From Thermofilaceae archaeon (GTDB lineage Archaea > Thermoproteota > Thermoprotei > Thermofilales > Thermofilaceae): DNA of 64,000 nt. This document shows positions 10,532-21,326 of this stretch, piece after piece; the first letter of the stretch is position 1, and the number at the start of each line of letters is the position of its first letter. The notes under the pieces are model-generated. The model saw only the letters and a program-made list of their open reading frames with translations, was not told the DNA's origin and made no database searches. The position numbers were made by a program, and so were the translations under genes. Location: positions 491,926 to 555,925 of the forward strand of contig JAWCCZ010000001.1 of assembly GCA_038861545.1 (NCBI GenBank), in the 5' to 3' direction.

Positions 10532-12382
10532 TTATAGGTACTTTACCTGTTCCCAAGGGAGGCGCACGCCATCCAGGCATTCGTAGCTTGTTTCAGTTAC
10601 CAGCTCTCTAACATAGTCTGGTAGTAGCGCCGCGTAGTTCCTGTACCTGTAATCGCCGAGCACTAGCACAGCTTGATCTCTGGGACTCCTCAAAGCCCTC
10701 CCTAGGGCCTGCGCAGCTTTCCTAACAGCCGGATACACGTATGCGTAGAGTTTTCCCTTTTCTTCGCCGTATAGCTCCGTGTAGTACGATATATAGAGCG
10801 CTGTTTTCGTAGTGGGCTTCTCAAACGGTATTCCGGCTAGGAAAACACACATTAGCTCTCCGCCGGGGTAATCGGCTCCCTCGGCAAAGCGGCCACCCAT
10901 GGGAGCTACGATTAACCCCCGCCCCTCGGCGGCGAGAGCCTTAAACGATTTAAGAACTTCTGAGGCTTCTAGGCTCGACATTTCTCGCCTTTCAATGAAG
11001 ACTTCGTAGCCAATTTCCTCTGCTTTTCTCTTTAAGCCCGCGTTAACCAGGTCACCCTGTATACGGTAGCTTGCGGTGAAAACCGCACTGTTCTTACGCA
11101 CTCTGGATAGCAGCCTAAGGATTCCGTTAACGTACTTCATGGCCATTTCCTCGCTAAGCTCCTCACCCCTCGTCGAGAGATCCCGAACGAGGTAGACAGA
11201 AGCATTGGTTTCATCGTAAGGACTTGGAGCGTTTACAGCGTAGTAGTTCTCTAATCCGACTGTCTCCGCAAAAGCTTCAATAGGGCTCAGCGTGCCGGAC
11301 ATGAAAATTACCCGCTTGAACTTCTTCCATACTTCGCCGAGGATCTCGGCTGAGCGCATGTCCCAAATACTGAGGCTTAAGCGCTCCTCCAGGCGTTCAA
11401 CGATAAACGCTACCCCCTTGGTACCCCTCAAGCTGAGAGCATTTTCCAGAAAACGAGCGAAATGATAGAGGCTTGACCTTGGTCTAAGCCCTTGCCTGTA
11501 CCTTAACTCCCTGATACTCTCTCCGGCTTTAACAGCTGCTTGGATAAGCCAGTTTTTCTCCTCTGGCACTAGGCTAGCCGGATCAAATAGCTCGGGTTCT
11601 TCTTCGCGCACACTGCTGAATTTCTCCTCAATAATGTTCTGCGCATGTCTTACAAGCTCTAAAGCTTCTTCGCTATTAACTTCCCTCGCCTCGCCTATAG
11701 CTCTGGATAGCGTGCCCTCGGTTATGCTATCGCCCCCGAGGTTTAGGTTCTGCAGATTATGAGCCTCATCAACCACTAGTATCGAGTTGCTGAAGGGAAT
11801 GACCGATTTAAGGCTCCAAGCCAGTTCTTCGTCTACGATGTAATTGTAGCTGAGAGCTACTATATCCGCGTAAGATAAAAGCTTCCTCTGCAGGAAGTAT
11901 GGGCAAAGGCCCAGCTCTTCGGCGGCTCGGTAGACTTCATAGTGAGTTAATGCTCCTTTAGACATCAGATGGTTAACGTCTACCCCCTCCTCTAGCCTCT
12001 GGTAAAACTCGCATTTCTTACGTTCTCTGCTGCATATGTAAGCTACTTCTGCGTAATCGAGCTCTCCACCTAGTTTCTTCGCGAGTAGACACATATCTTT
12101 CTTTCCTCTGTATCCCAGGCCTACTAGCTTTAAGCCGATTTCTTTCCTGAATGTCGAGAGCTCCTCCACTGGTCGGTCAGTCTCGTTTCCAGTCCTCACC
12201 GCCCAGATAACACGGTTACCCCTCTCAATGTACGGCAGTAGTGCGTATATCACCACCGGCGTTTTACCGAAGCCTGTCGGGGCCTCCAATACAACATTTA
12301 CTCTTTTCAGGGCTTTTCTGATTTCGTGAGCCACTTCAACCTGGTGTGGGCGGGGTCTGTACGGGAACCTGTAATCGCTCAT
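10532..12382 (-). CDS. xpd: XPD/Rad3-family Fe-S DNA helicase
   Basis: Q motif RPHQ, EAPTGFGKT, four Fe-S Cys, DEAH, SGTL, EGADY, QALGRALR. Confidence 0.9.
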   Translation of the reverse strand: MSDYRFPYRPRPHQVEVAHEIRKALKRVNVVLEAPTGFGKTPVVIYALLPYIERGNRVIWAVRTGNETDRPVEELSTFRKEIGLKLVGLGYRGKKDMCLLAKKLGGELDYAEVAYICSRERKKCEFYQRLEEGVDVNHLMSKGALTHYEVYRAAEELGLCPYFLQRKLLSYADIVALSYNYIVDEELAWSLKSVIPFSNSILVVDEAHNLQNLNLGGDSITEGTLSRAIGEAREVNSEEALELVRHAQNIIEEKFSSVREEEPELFDPASLVPEEKNWLIQAAVKAGESIRELRYRQGLRPRSSLYHFARFLENALSLRGTKGVAFIVERLEERLSLSIWDMRSAEILGEVWKKFKRVIFMSGTLSPIEAFAETVGLENYYAVNAPSPYDETNASVYLVRDLSTRGEELSEEMAMKYVNGILRLLSRVRKNSAVFTASYRIQGDLVNAGLKRKAEEIGYEVFIERREMSSLEASEVLKSFKALAAEGRGLIVAPMGGRFAEGADYPGGELMCVFLAGIPFEKPTTKTALYISYYTELYGEEKGKLYAYVYPAVRKAAQALGRALRSPRDQAVLVLGDYRYRNYAALLPDYVRELVTETSYECLDGVRLPWEQVKYL

Positions 12383-12481
12383 CCCTACGTACTCCTATAC
12401 ATGAGGTTTACATGCTTAGCGGATATTTTCAAGCCCCGCGAAAGCCAGCTTAAAGCATTTTATCGTGTGTTTTAACCCTTA

Positions 12482-14071
12482 ATGGCGAAGGTTATGAAAT
12501 CGCCGAAATATGTGATGGCGGTAGATCAAGGCACAACTGGGACCAGAGTGATGCTTTTCACGAGGGATGGTTTACCAGTTCAAGGTGGATGGGCTTACCG
12601 CGAACATAGACAAATCTACCCCCGCCCCGGCTGGGTTGAACATGATCCAATGGAAATATGGGAGAACACGAAGCTCTGCATGAAAGAGGCTTTAGAGAAG
12701 GCTCGAGTAGACCCAAGGAACCTAGCAGCTATAGGTGTTACGAACCAGAGGGAGACGATAGTGGTATGGGATCAGCGCACAGGTAAACCTGTTTACAACG
12801 CTATCGTGTGGCAAGATAGGCGGACAGCCCCCTATGTGGATTACTTAAAAGGATACTATGCTGAAGTAGTAAAGTCGAAGACTGGATTAGTTCCCGACCC
12901 TTACTTCTCCGCAACTAAGGTTTGGTGGCTCTTGGATAATGTGCCGAACCTGAGGGAAAAAGCCTCTAAAGATGACGTGCTAATCGGTACTATTGACACG
13001 TGGCTTGTATGGAACCTAACGCGTGGAGCTAGGGATGTACAGACACCAGAGAAAGGAGGAGCACACGTCACTGACTACTCAAACGCGTCTAGAACTATGT
13101 TGTTCAACATATGGTACCTTGAGTGGGATGATGAGTTGTTAGAAATTAACGGTAAAATCCCGAAGGAACCCCTTCCAGCTCCGAGACCTTCAAGCGATAA
13201 GGCAGTTTACGGTTACACGGGACCTGAAGTTGCAGGCTTGCTTAGTGGAGCAAGTGTGCCAGTCACTGGTGATGCCGGTGATCAGCAGGCAGCGCTATTC
13301 GGTCAAGCCGGTTTCTCAGAGGGGGATATGAAGTGCACGTACGGGACTGGTAATTTCCTACTGATGAATACGGGCAGCAGGATCGTGGAATCGAGGCATG
13401 GTTTACTCACCACGGTATTCTATAGCCTTGAGCCTGGGAAGGCCACGTACGCTTTAGAGGGTAGTATCTTTGTCACAGGTGCTGCTATACAATGGTTGAG
13501 GGATGGTTTAAAGATCATCGAAGTCTCTGCTGAGGTGAACCCGCTAGCTGAAAGCGTATCGGACACAGGCGGAGTTTACTTTGTCCCGGCGTTCGTGGGT
13601 TTAGGGGCGCCATACTGGGATCATTACGCTAGAGGGGTAATAGTGGGGATAACTAGGGGAACAGAGCGCAAGCACTTAGCGCGAGCAGCACTGGAGTCTA
13701 TAGCTTACATGACTCGAGACGTTGTGGAAGCAATGACTGCAGACACAGGCTTAAAACTCGATGTCTTAAAGGCGGATGGAGGCGCAGCGAAAAGCGATTT
13801 CCTGCTTCAGTTCCAGGCGGATATCCTAGGTGTTAGGGTCGTAAGGCCGGTGGTTTGGGAGACAACGTCCTTGGGTGCCGCTTACTTAGCGGGGTTAGCG
13901 GTTGATATGTGGGACGGTATAAGCGAATTACGGGGTAACTGGAAGGCGGAGAGAGAGTTCAACCCATGGATGGACGCAGCTACGAGGGATAGGCTTTATG
14001 AGGGGTGGAAGGCCGCGGTGAAGAGGGCTCTCGGCTGGGCGAAAGAGGTACCTTGGGCATATGGGTACTGA
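12482..14071 (+). CDS. glpK: Glycerol kinase
   Basis: [56 protein letters not shown]. Confidence 0.97.
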   Translation: MAKVMKSPKYVMAVDQGTTGTRVMLFTRDGLPVQGGWAYREHRQIYPRPGWVEHDPMEIWENTKLCMKEALEKARVDPRNLAAIGVTNQRETIVVWDQRTGKPVYNAIVWQDRRTAPYVDYLKGYYAEVVKSKTGLVPDPYFSATKVWWLLDNVPNLREKASKDDVLIGTIDTWLVWNLTRGARDVQTPEKGGAHVTDYSNASRTMLFNIWYLEWDDELLEINGKIPKEPLPAPRPSSDKAVYGYTGPEVAGLLSGASVPVTGDAGDQQAALFGQAGFSEGDMKCTYGTGNFLLMNTGSRIVESRHGLLTTVFYSLEPGKATYALEGSIFVTGAAIQWLRDGLKIIEVSAEVNPLAESVSDTGGVYFVPAFVGLGAPYWDHYARGVIVGITRGTERKHLARAALESIAYMTRDVVEAMTADTGLKLDVLKADGGAAKSDFLLQFQADILGVRVVRPVVWETTSLGAAYLAGLAVDMWDGISELRGNWKAEREFNPWMDAATRDRLYEGWKAAVKRALGWAKEVPWAYGY

Positions 14072-15572
14072 GGCTGGTGACGTGAAGCTGAAAGTAGCTA
14101 TTATTGGAGCTGGTGTAGTGGGGGCTTCGATAGCCAGAGTACTCAGCATGTACGAAAATTTCGATGTAATCCTACTGGAGCGAGAACCGGATGTGGGCTG
14201 GGGTGCGAGCAAGGCTAACACGTCTGTTATTCACCCGGGTCATGAGGAGGATCCAAGAAAGCACCCGATTAGAGCGAAGCTCTGCGTGGAGGGTAACCAA
14301 TTATGGAGGAAGTGGACTGAGGAGCTCGATATCCCGGCTAGATGGCCAGGGGAGCTGATGCTTTTCTACAGTAATGAGGAAGTTAAACGAGCTGCAGAGT
14401 ACGTGGAGTTTGCCAGGCTTAACGGTGTACCCGGCGTTAAAATAGTGTGGGAGGAGGTTAAGCAGATTGAGCCGTGGGTTAACCCGAGCACAACTGGAGC
14501 GATTTACGCGCCAACCGCTGGCTTGGTATCTCCCTTCGAAGCTGTCGCTGCTATAGTGGAGAACGCTGTAGGAAATGGAGTCAGGCTTCTAGCGGATACT
14601 GAGGTAAACGGAATCAAGGTTTCCGGCGGGGAAATAAATGGCGTGGAAACTGGTAGGGGGTTCGTGGAAGCTGATTTAGTAATTAACGCTGCGGGTTTAT
14701 GCGCGGATCGTGTTTCACACATGGCTGGTGTAGAGCTGGGGTTCAGGATAAAACCTAGAAGGGGGGAGTACCTTCTTTTTGATGAGAATGTGCATGTTAA
14801 ACCGCGCATGATCCTGCATCCAGTCCCTACACCTATTACTAAAGGCGTCTACGCCATAACCACGGTTCATGGTAACCTAATGCTCGGCCCTACAGCTGAT
14901 GATCTACCCGAGGAAGAGAAAAATAATCTTTCGACTACAGGGGAGGGCCTTTCTCGCGTGATAGAGGAGGCTTCAAAGTTGTTAAAAGAGATTCCACCCC
15001 ATGATAAGGTGATCAGGTTCTTTACAGGTTTAAGGCCGGAGCCTCCCCATGGCGAATGGTTGATTAAAGCCTACAACGACCCTTGGGGTTTCGTCAACGT
15101 AGCCGGTATTCGATCTCCCGGTTTAACAGCTGCACCGGCTATTGCCAACTATGTTTTAGAGCTCATAGTCAGGGAATATGATGTAAAGCTAAATCGTAAA
15201 CTTTTGTGGAACCCTTACAGGGTGAACGTAACCAGTGTTAGGGGAAAAAACATAGAAGAAATGGATCAGCTAGTGAAAGTAAACCCGGACTATGGAGAAA
15301 TCGTTTGTCGTTGCAGGTTAGTGTCCAAAGCTGAAATTATTGAAGCCATTGAAAGGATGAGGAAGATAGGGCTTGAGCGGATAACTGTTGATGGAGTTAA
15401 ATTTAGGACTACGGCTGGAATGGGCTGGTGTCAAGGGCAGTTCTGCAGGTGGAGGATATCGCTTATTATCTCACAGGCCACCGGCATTCCGCTTTACGAG
15501 GTAGCTGTTAAGCGAGCAAGCTACGGTATAGGGGATGTAAAGGTTCTGCTTAAAGGTGGAAACATTTGCTAG
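14061..15572 (+). CDS. glpA: FAD-dependent glycerol-3-phosphate dehydrogenase subunit with C-terminal BFD-like [2Fe-2S] domain
   Basis: [28 protein letters not shown]-terminal CRC...GWCQGQFC; overlaps glpK. Confidence 0.85.
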   Translation: MGTEAGDVKLKVAIIGAGVVGASIARVLSMYENFDVILLEREPDVGWGASKANTSVIHPGHEEDPRKHPIRAKLCVEGNQLWRKWTEELDIPARWPGELMLFYSNEEVKRAAEYVEFARLNGVPGVKIVWEEVKQIEPWVNPSTTGAIYAPTAGLVSPFEAVAAIVENAVGNGVRLLADTEVNGIKVSGGEINGVETGRGFVEADLVINAAGLCADRVSHMAGVELGFRIKPRRGEYLLFDENVHVKPRMILHPVPTPITKGVYAITTVHGNLMLGPTADDLPEEEKNNLSTTGEGLSRVIEEASKLLKEIPPHDKVIRFFTGLRPEPPHGEWLIKAYNDPWGFVNVAGIRSPGLTAAPAIANYVLELIVREYDVKLNRKLLWNPYRVNVTSVRGKNIEEMDQLVKVNPDYGEIVCRCRLVSKAEIIEAIERMRKIGLERITVDGVKFRTTAGMGWCQGQFCRWRISLIISQATGIPLYEVAVKRASYGIGDVKVLLKGGNIC

Positions 15573-16816
15573 AGCTAAAGTTCGACTTGGTTGTGGTTGG
15601 AGGCGGTCCAGCCGGAATCGCTGCAGCCTCGAAAGCCTGTGAGCTGGGCATGAAAGTAGGGTTAATTGAGAACAGGGAAGTCCTCGGAGGAATCCCATTA
15701 CAGTGTGTTCATTCAGGTTTTGGTGTGCATATTTTTAGGGAGGATTTAACAGGGCCAGAGTTCATCTATAGGCTCATTGATCGGCTTCAACGCACAGATG
15801 TTAAACTTCTCCTGAGATCTTATGTGCATTCGATTGAGTTGAAGGCTTTCGACGAGAAGATTGTCACGGTATTTTCGCCGAATGGGGTTCAAAGGCTATA
15901 CGCTAAGGCGATTGTGCATTCAACAGGTGCGCGGGAGAGGACGATATTCGAAATAGGCGTAACTGGCGAAAGGCCAGATGGAGTGTACACCGCTGGGGAG
16001 GCTCAGACGATGATGGATTTGTACGGCTTGATGCCGGGTCGAAAGGTAGTTATCATTGGATCCGGTGATGTGGGCTTAATTATGGCTAGAAGGTTCGCGC
16101 TTGAAGGTGCCGAAGTGAGAGCTGTAATCGAGGTGCTTCCCTACCCGGGTGGATCTATGCGGAATGTAGTCAGCTGCCTCCAGGATTTCGGGATACCGCT
16201 TTACCTAAACCATGCTGTGGTCTCCCTCTATGGTAGAAAGAGAGTTGAGAAGGTAGTTGTAGCGAAAGTTGACAGCGAAATGAAGCCTATACCGGGTACG
16301 GAGTTCGAAGTAGAGTGTGATGTAGTCGTAGTGGCCGCCGGCTTAAGACCTAACATGGAGCTGTTGGAGAGGATGGGTGCAGTTCTCGATCCAGCTACAG
16401 GGGGGCCAGTCGTTAATGAAATGCTCGAAACAACGGTTCCTGGAGTCTTCGCGGCCGGCAATGCGTTAGTTGTAAACGACTTAGTAGATTATGCTGTTGA
16501 GCAGGGTGAAAGGGCTGCTGAAGGCGTTTACGAGTTCATCAGCAACTGTTCTAAAAGCGCTGCGTGGAAGAAGGTAATAAAAGGTAGAAATGTGAGGTTG
16601 ATTATACCTCACTACGTCAGCGGTGAACGAGACGTTATATTTTACGCGAGGGTTAAGAACCCTGAAAGAAAGGTTTTCTTTGAGCTACTCGGATCTGATT
16701 TGAAGTTGTACCAGCAGGGCGTCAGACCTTCAGAGATGGTTAGGTTTAAAGTTTCTTCATCAATTATATCCAGCTTAGGTGATAAACTACTCTTCCAGGT
16801 GAGGCCGCTTGAGTGA
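15566..16816 (+). CDS. FAD/NAD(P)-dependent oxidoreductase, partner subunit of G3P dehydrogenase
   Basis: GGGPAG, LQCVHSGFG, TGARER, GSGDVGLIMARR; operon context. Confidence 0.87.
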   Translation: MLELKFDLVVVGGGPAGIAAASKACELGMKVGLIENREVLGGIPLQCVHSGFGVHIFREDLTGPEFIYRLIDRLQRTDVKLLLRSYVHSIELKAFDEKIVTVFSPNGVQRLYAKAIVHSTGARERTIFEIGVTGERPDGVYTAGEAQTMMDLYGLMPGRKVVIIGSGDVGLIMARRFALEGAEVRAVIEVLPYPGGSMRNVVSCLQDFGIPLYLNHAVVSLYGRKRVEKVVVAKVDSEMKPIPGTEFEVECDVVVVAAGLRPNMELLERMGAVLDPATGGPVVNEMLETTVPGVFAAGNALVVNDLVDYAVEQGERAAEGVYEFISNCSKSAAWKKVIKGRNVRLIIPHYVSGERDVIFYARVKNPERKVFFELLGSDLKLYQQGVRPSEMVRFKVSSSIISSLGDKLLFQVRPLE

Positions 16817-17210
16817 GGTAACGCTTATATGTATAATCTGCCCAGCTGCCTGCGAGCTTAAGGCTGTTTTGCTACCGAATGATGAAACGCGGGTAGAGGG
16901 TGCAGGGTGCGCTAGAGGAGTAGAGTACGCCAAGCAAGAAGTGCTTAACCCGAGGCGGATGATAGTAACGGTAGTTAAGGTTAAAGGGGGCGATCTCCCA
17001 GTGGTTTCAGTTAAAACGAGTCAACACGTACCGAAGAGTCGCATCGCAGAGATCATGAGAACTACAGCGGAAGTCGTAGTCGACGCGCCAGTTGAGATTG
17101 GGCAAGTTGTAGCAATGTGCCCGGGGGGTGTAGAGCTTATAGCTACGAGGCGAGTAAAAGCCTTAGCCGATCAAAGGGCCTTGGGAAAGCTGTACGAGAA
17201 CACAAGTTAA
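16809..17210 (+). CDS. DUF1667 family Cys-rich subunit of the glycerol oxidation operon
   Basis: CIICPAAC...GCARG..YA..E..NPRR, VSVKT. Confidence 0.87.
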   Translation: MSEVTLICIICPAACELKAVLLPNDETRVEGAGCARGVEYAKQEVLNPRRMIVTVVKVKGGDLPVVSVKTSQHVPKSRIAEIMRTTAEVVVDAPVEIGQVVAMCPGGVELIATRRVKALADQRALGKLYENTS

Positions 17211-17223
17211 TATATTCCTAAAG

Positions 17224-17589
17224 TTAACTGGCACTTTTCACTGAATCCTCAATCTGCTTAGTGTATTTGTCGAGTAAGTAGTATATTAGACCTAGATTCG
17301 GGTTACTCTTAGATACGAGGCATATTACGCCGTTTTTCAGTTCTCTCAGCATAACGATTCTGCCATCTTCTAACTCAACAACCACGTCCCTAACACCAGT
17401 GCTGAAATACTGTCTAAAAGCCTCTCCCACGCCTGCTACTACAGCTGCTCCAAGCGCTGCTACTATGTCATCGATATCTGACGGATTTGAAGCAGCTATG
17501 GTAACCCCATCAAGAGTTGCTAGCACCGCGCGCTCCAGCTCACCCATACTTCTTTTTACCAGTTCCCCGAGAACTGTTTCAACACTCAT
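17224..17589 (-). CDS. Roadblock/LC7 (MglB-like) protein
   Basis: AVLATLDGVTIAAS...VAALGAA...PNLGLI pattern; 121 aa. Confidence 0.85.
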   Translation of the reverse strand: MSVETVLGELVKRSMGELERAVLATLDGVTIAASNPSDIDDIVAALGAAVVAGVGEAFRQYFSTGVRDVVVELEDGRIVMLRELKNGVICLVSKSNPNLGLIYYLLDKYTKQIEDSVKSAS

Positions 17590-17912
17590 CTGAGCACCAC
17601 CCTGTACACCCCGTCTTCCTGAGGCGTTACTTGTAACTCGTTTTCCCCTATACGTACTCTAAGCTCGCTAAGTCCTCCAGCTTCCTCGAAAACCTTTACT
17701 GCTTGAACAGCGTACACGGCTAACATTTTATCCACTTGCCCCTGCGCTTCCACCACTAGCCCCCTCTTATCGACCAGTGCCGCCCACTTATACCGCCCTT
17801 TATCCTTTTTCTTCCGCGACTTTAAGATAACTATAGCCAGCACCACTGCTACAACCACGATAGCGGCTGCAGTAGCTGTAAGCATGAGCATGGAGCCTGT
17901 TAACGGCATCAT
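17586..17912 (-). CDS. Single-TM protein with roadblock-like cytoplasmic domain
   Basis: N-terminal hydrophobic helix, basic KSRKKKDK, then AALVDKRGLVV (roadblock-like strand-turn); overlaps the roadblock gene. Confidence 0.6.
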   Translation of the reverse strand: MMPLTGSMLMLTATAAAIVVVAVVLAIVILKSRKKKDKGRYKWAALVDKRGLVVEAQGQVDKMLAVYAVQAVKVFEEAGGLSELRVRIGENELQVTPQEDGVYRVVLR

Positions 17913-18029
17913 CGAAAATGATTACAAACTCAGTAATTTAAAGATGTTCCTTAAAGTATTACCCCAGTGTTACGAACCAGTGCATTAAATATAAAACCCA
18001 CCAGTAAAGAGATTATCGCGGGGAAAAGG

Positions 18030-18563
18030 TTGCAGGACACGGAGACCGTGCTCATCGCCGGCCCTTTTGGAGCTGGGAAGACTACATTCATACGCACTGT
18101 CAGCGGTAAGTCGATTACTACGGACAGGGAGCTAAGTGGCATAGGCGTTAGCGCTGGAGAAGTCAAGCTAAAGGGCTCTACAACCGTTTTCGCTGACATG
18201 GGTGTCGCTGAGCTGGATGGGAGGAAGCTCCTCCTCTACGGGGCTCCCGGTCAAGTTCGTTTTAGCTTCACGGTTAAAGGGCTGGCGTCACGCTGTAAGT
18301 ATCTAGTTTTCCTCGTGGACACAACAGATGAAGCAGCTGTTATGAGGAGTAGGCTGTATTATGAGCGACTCATAAAACCCTATTTTGATCGTTTTACAAG
18401 TAAGGTCTTCGCACTAAATAAGAGAGATACATCGAAGCTTCCAATCATGAGGGTGTTGGAGTTATTCGGATCCATGAATTGCCCTTTTGTCGAGCTTGTT
18501 GCGCTGGATAAGGGCTCTTGTCTTACTGCGTTAAGGATTCTTCTAGGAGGTGAAGGGGTATAA
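18030..18563 (+). CDS. MglA/CvnD-like small GTPase (likely TTG start at 18030; the ORF track starts at 17967)
   Basis: G1 GPFGAGKTT, TTVFADMG, G3 LYGAPGQVRF, G4 NKRD. Confidence 0.85.
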   Translation: MQDTETVLIAGPFGAGKTTFIRTVSGKSITTDRELSGIGVSAGEVKLKGSTTVFADMGVAELDGRKLLLYGAPGQVRFSFTVKGLASRCKYLVFLVDTTDEAAVMRSRLYYERLIKPYFDRFTSKVFALNKRDTSKLPIMRVLELFGSMNCPFVELVALDKGSCLTALRILLGGEGV

Positions 18564-18571
18564 TAGAGAGG

Positions 18572-18907
18572 TTGAAGAATATTTTCAGAGAGAGACGGGG
18601 AAAGCGGTATTCTTTTCCCACCACTGTGGTGGCAGGAGATTATGAAGTTATGGGTTCCGCTTTAACTATTGAGGAGGTAAGCGAGGACATGGAGCTGGCA
18701 GATGCATTAAAGCCCTTTGCAGCGATGAGTTCAGATTCGCCTGTACTGGTGATAGCGATAGGCAAGGGTTGGAAGGTTAAGCTAGCGGTGAATAAAGGTC
18801 TAGTGGAGATCGTGGAAGTAGAGGGAATAAACGCTGATAAGGCGATTTTCATGCGGGGGCCAGCTATTGTTCTTCCGTTCCCGGCTAAGGCTTTACGGCG
18901 GAAATAA
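18572..18907 (+). CDS. Hypothetical protein, possibly PATAN/DUF4388/DUF2226-like
   Basis: LADAL...VLVIAIG..WKVKLAVNKGLVEIVEV pattern; 8 nt after the MglA-like gene. Confidence 0.45.
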   Translation: MKNIFRERRGKRYSFPTTVVAGDYEVMGSALTIEEVSEDMELADALKPFAAMSSDSPVLVIAIGKGWKVKLAVNKGLVEIVEVEGINADKAIFMRGPAIVLPFPAKALRRK

Positions 18908-19661
18908 GCGTAAGGAGGGGTCCTCTTCTGAACCTAACGGATCCAAACCTCTCCCCTTCAATATAACTTCTTACTAACTCAGCCGACCAGGTGCCGGCCG
19001 TGCTCCCTAAAGCCACAAGAAACGGGGTTATCGGGTTAGCCCCTTCCCACTCGAGCGGTGCTATCATTATAAACTGGCCTCCCGGTGAAAGTGCAGCGGA
19101 AGCCCTGGAGATCAACGGCATCGGCTCATACAGCCAGTTTGAGGGTGAGGCGATGATGATGGAACCTATTGGCTCGCTCAAATGCCTTAGGAAGCTTGCA
19201 TAATCCCCTTTAACTAAGAGGTAGTTAGAATTCCCTATACCCCTTAACCTTTCCTCTGCTATTGCGAGGTTGATGTCTGAGGGGTCTACCGCTATAAGCC
19301 TGCTCCACAGCTTGGCTGCATACTCCAAGCTCACAGCCGGTCCGCAGTGCATGTCTACTAAAGCCCCCTCCCTCCTCCTCGAGGCTGATAACCCGCCCCA
19401 CAAAAGGTCGGTGAACTCCTTGGATTGCATCAAGGCTTCCGAGAACAATGCAAAGTCCGGCGTATCCCAGGGTTTCTCACCCCGTATTAGAGGAACTCTT
19501 TCAGCGAGGAATTTGAAAACTTTAAGTAGGTAAGGATCTGGGAGCCCCTCCCCCGCTTTAACTGAAGCCGTAATCTGTCGGACACTCTCAGATTCGCGGA
19601 TCCCAGCTGTTGATTTAACAAGATCCCTTAATGCCTCGTAAACGGATCTCCAAGCGCTCAT
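18885..19661 (-). CDS. Class I SAM-methyltransferase-like protein with degenerate motif I
   Basis: LVDMHCGPA, LIAVDPS, LSPGGQF. Confidence 0.7.
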   Translation of the reverse strand: MSAWRSVYEALRDLVKSTAGIRESESVRQITASVKAGEGLPDPYLLKVFKFLAERVPLIRGEKPWDTPDFALFSEALMQSKEFTDLLWGGLSASRRREGALVDMHCGPAVSLEYAAKLWSRLIAVDPSDINLAIAEERLRGIGNSNYLLVKGDYASFLRHLSEPIGSIIIASPSNWLYEPMPLISRASAALSPGGQFIMIAPLEWEGANPITPFLVALGSTAGTWSAELVRSYIEGERFGSVRFRRGPLLTLISAVKP

Positions 19662-20443
19662 CCAGCCACCTCTTCGAACCTTATAATCCCTCTTCTCTCT
19701 AAAGCTAAGATTCCGCTAAACCTTTCTCGCATAGTAACTGGGTCTTGCGCCAGAACCGCGTCAACAAGCCTCCAACCGTCTAAGCCAGCGGCCCAATCTA
19801 TGATCCTGGGCGATATCCAGGGTAAACGGTTTACATACTCCTTGAAAAGTGCTACGGCACCAGTGTCGACTTTCACTACAAGTTTCCTTGATTTGAATGC
19901 TAACTCGAAAAGTCTTACCATAAAGGGGGAAGGTTGAGTGCTGATGCTAGCGTCGAGGAGCAGCGTGGAAAGCAGTATCGTGCCAAGGTCTGCTGTAGGC
20001 ACTTTAGCCAAGCCTTTAAGGTACCCTCTAGCCCACTCAACGGCTGTTTTCGCCAAATCGAGATTCGAAAGCTCAAGCTCAAGCTCCGAATTTTCCTCGG
20101 AAATCTTAAGCGCGGTACCCATACTCCTCCTGTAGCACTCAATCATACCTCCACCGGTTGAGAGCCTGAAACCGTTGATGTGACTCATATAATTCAAGTA
20201 AGCCGGATTAACCCTAAGTGTCTCGCCTTTCTGTAGAGTTCTGAAAACTCTAATCCCTCTATCATGTCCCTCAGCGTCAACATATACGACAAAGACATGG
20301 TCACCATGATAGTCTGCAACACCTACTAAGCCGGTAGGGCTAGATAGAGCTGCCGTCAACGTAGTTGCGTCTAGTACGAACTCTACACCCTTCCCGCAAT
20401 CTGGACACGTGAGCTTTAAGACACGGACAGCTCTTGTGGCCAA
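19658..20443 (-). CDS. Zn-ribbon (CxxC...HxxH) hypothetical protein
   Basis: CPDC...HGDHVFVVYVD..G.DRG; overlaps both neighbours. Confidence 0.65.
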   Translation of the reverse strand: MATRAVRVLKLTCPDCGKGVEFVLDATTLTAALSSPTGLVGVADYHGDHVFVVYVDAEGHDRGIRVFRTLQKGETLRVNPAYLNYMSHINGFRLSTGGGMIECYRRSMGTALKISEENSELELELSNLDLAKTAVEWARGYLKGLAKVPTADLGTILLSTLLLDASISTQPSPFMVRLFELAFKSRKLVVKVDTGAVALFKEYVNRLPWISPRIIDWAAGLDGWRLVDAVLAQDPVTMRERFSGILALERRGIIRFEEVAG

Positions 20444-20949
20444 TTTCCCACCCCCGATAGAAACTCAGCTAGGGCAAGGAAGGGGACATCCGTATTAGCT
20501 CCATCTTTAGCTGAAGTTTCAAAATAAGCTAGAAAACCTCTTCGCGTTGCATAATCTTCTGCCCGCTCGCGTGGAATAACCCTATAAGTTGTCATATCCA
20601 CCTTGTTTCCAACAAGGACGCGCGGTAAATCACCTACCACGTCAAGAACCACAGTAAGCCAGTCCTCTAAGTGCTCGAAAGTTTCCTCCCTCGTTACATC
20701 AAATACAAAAACAGCTCCTCTAGCGCCTTTCAGGAACACTGGGGCGAGAAAGCGGAAACGCTCTTCTCCCCCTAAATCCCATACTATAAGTTTAATCGGC
20801 CCGTCGTTAGTTGGCAACTCTCTCACGTGGTGGGAAACCCCAACTGTAAGTTTTTGCATTGGGTTGAAAGGGGAACCAATGAACCTGCTGACTAAGCTCG
20901 TTTTTCCCACCCCGCCGTCCCCACACATAACAATTTTAAATGCCTTCAT
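20416..20949 (-). CDS. Rab-like small GTPase (Ras superfamily)
   Basis: G1 GDGGVGKTS, G2 TVGV, G3 WDLGGEERF, GARGAVFVFDVT, G4 GNKVD, G5 ETSAK. Confidence 0.93.
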   Translation of the reverse strand: MKAFKIVMCGDGGVGKTSLVSRFIGSPFNPMQKLTVGVSHHVRELPTNDGPIKLIVWDLGGEERFRFLAPVFLKGARGAVFVFDVTREETFEHLEDWLTVVLDVVGDLPRVLVGNKVDMTTYRVIPRERAEDYATRRGFLAYFETSAKDGANTDVPFLALAEFLSGVGNWPQELSVS

Positions 20950-20954
20950 AGACC

Positions 20955-21326
20955 CTAGGGTGAAAGCACCTTACTTAAACGTTCTCCGGCGGACTCCGCC
21001 TGCCAAAGTGCATATCCGAGCTTGGATTCAGCACCGATCAGCATTACGAGCACGAAATCCCTACTCAGGCTCTTAATTAACAATATCCCCTTATCGCTTT
21101 TAACCGCGAGGTATGCCATGCTACCCCCCCTGAGCTCCTTAATTACTTGCTCAGCCACGCCTTGGAGGGTTGCTGCCATCGCGGAGACTTTCAGTTCATC
21201 GGCTTCTTTCATAAGGGAAACCACCGGCATGCCGTCACTGGTGACAACCGCAACAGCATCTAGCCCTGGATTATCTTTCCGCATACCCTCCAGAATATCG
21301 TTTAGGGCCTCGTATCTACCCTTCAA
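20955..21326 (-). CDS. Roadblock/LC7 (MglB-like) protein
   Basis: PGLDAVAVVTSDGMPVVS...VSAMAATL...KLGYAL. Confidence 0.9.
   Translation of the reverse strand: MKGRYEALNDILEGMRKDNPGLDAVAVVTSDGMPVVSLMKEADELKVSAMAATLQGVAEQVIKELRGGSMAYLAVKSDKGILLIKSLSRDFVLVMLIGAESKLGYALWQAESAGERLSKVLSP

Noticed and set aside
12482-17210. Glycerol operon as a novelty
   Set aside because: glpK + GlpA-like + oxidoreductase + DUF1667 is a familiar arrangement in anaerobic archaea and bacteria
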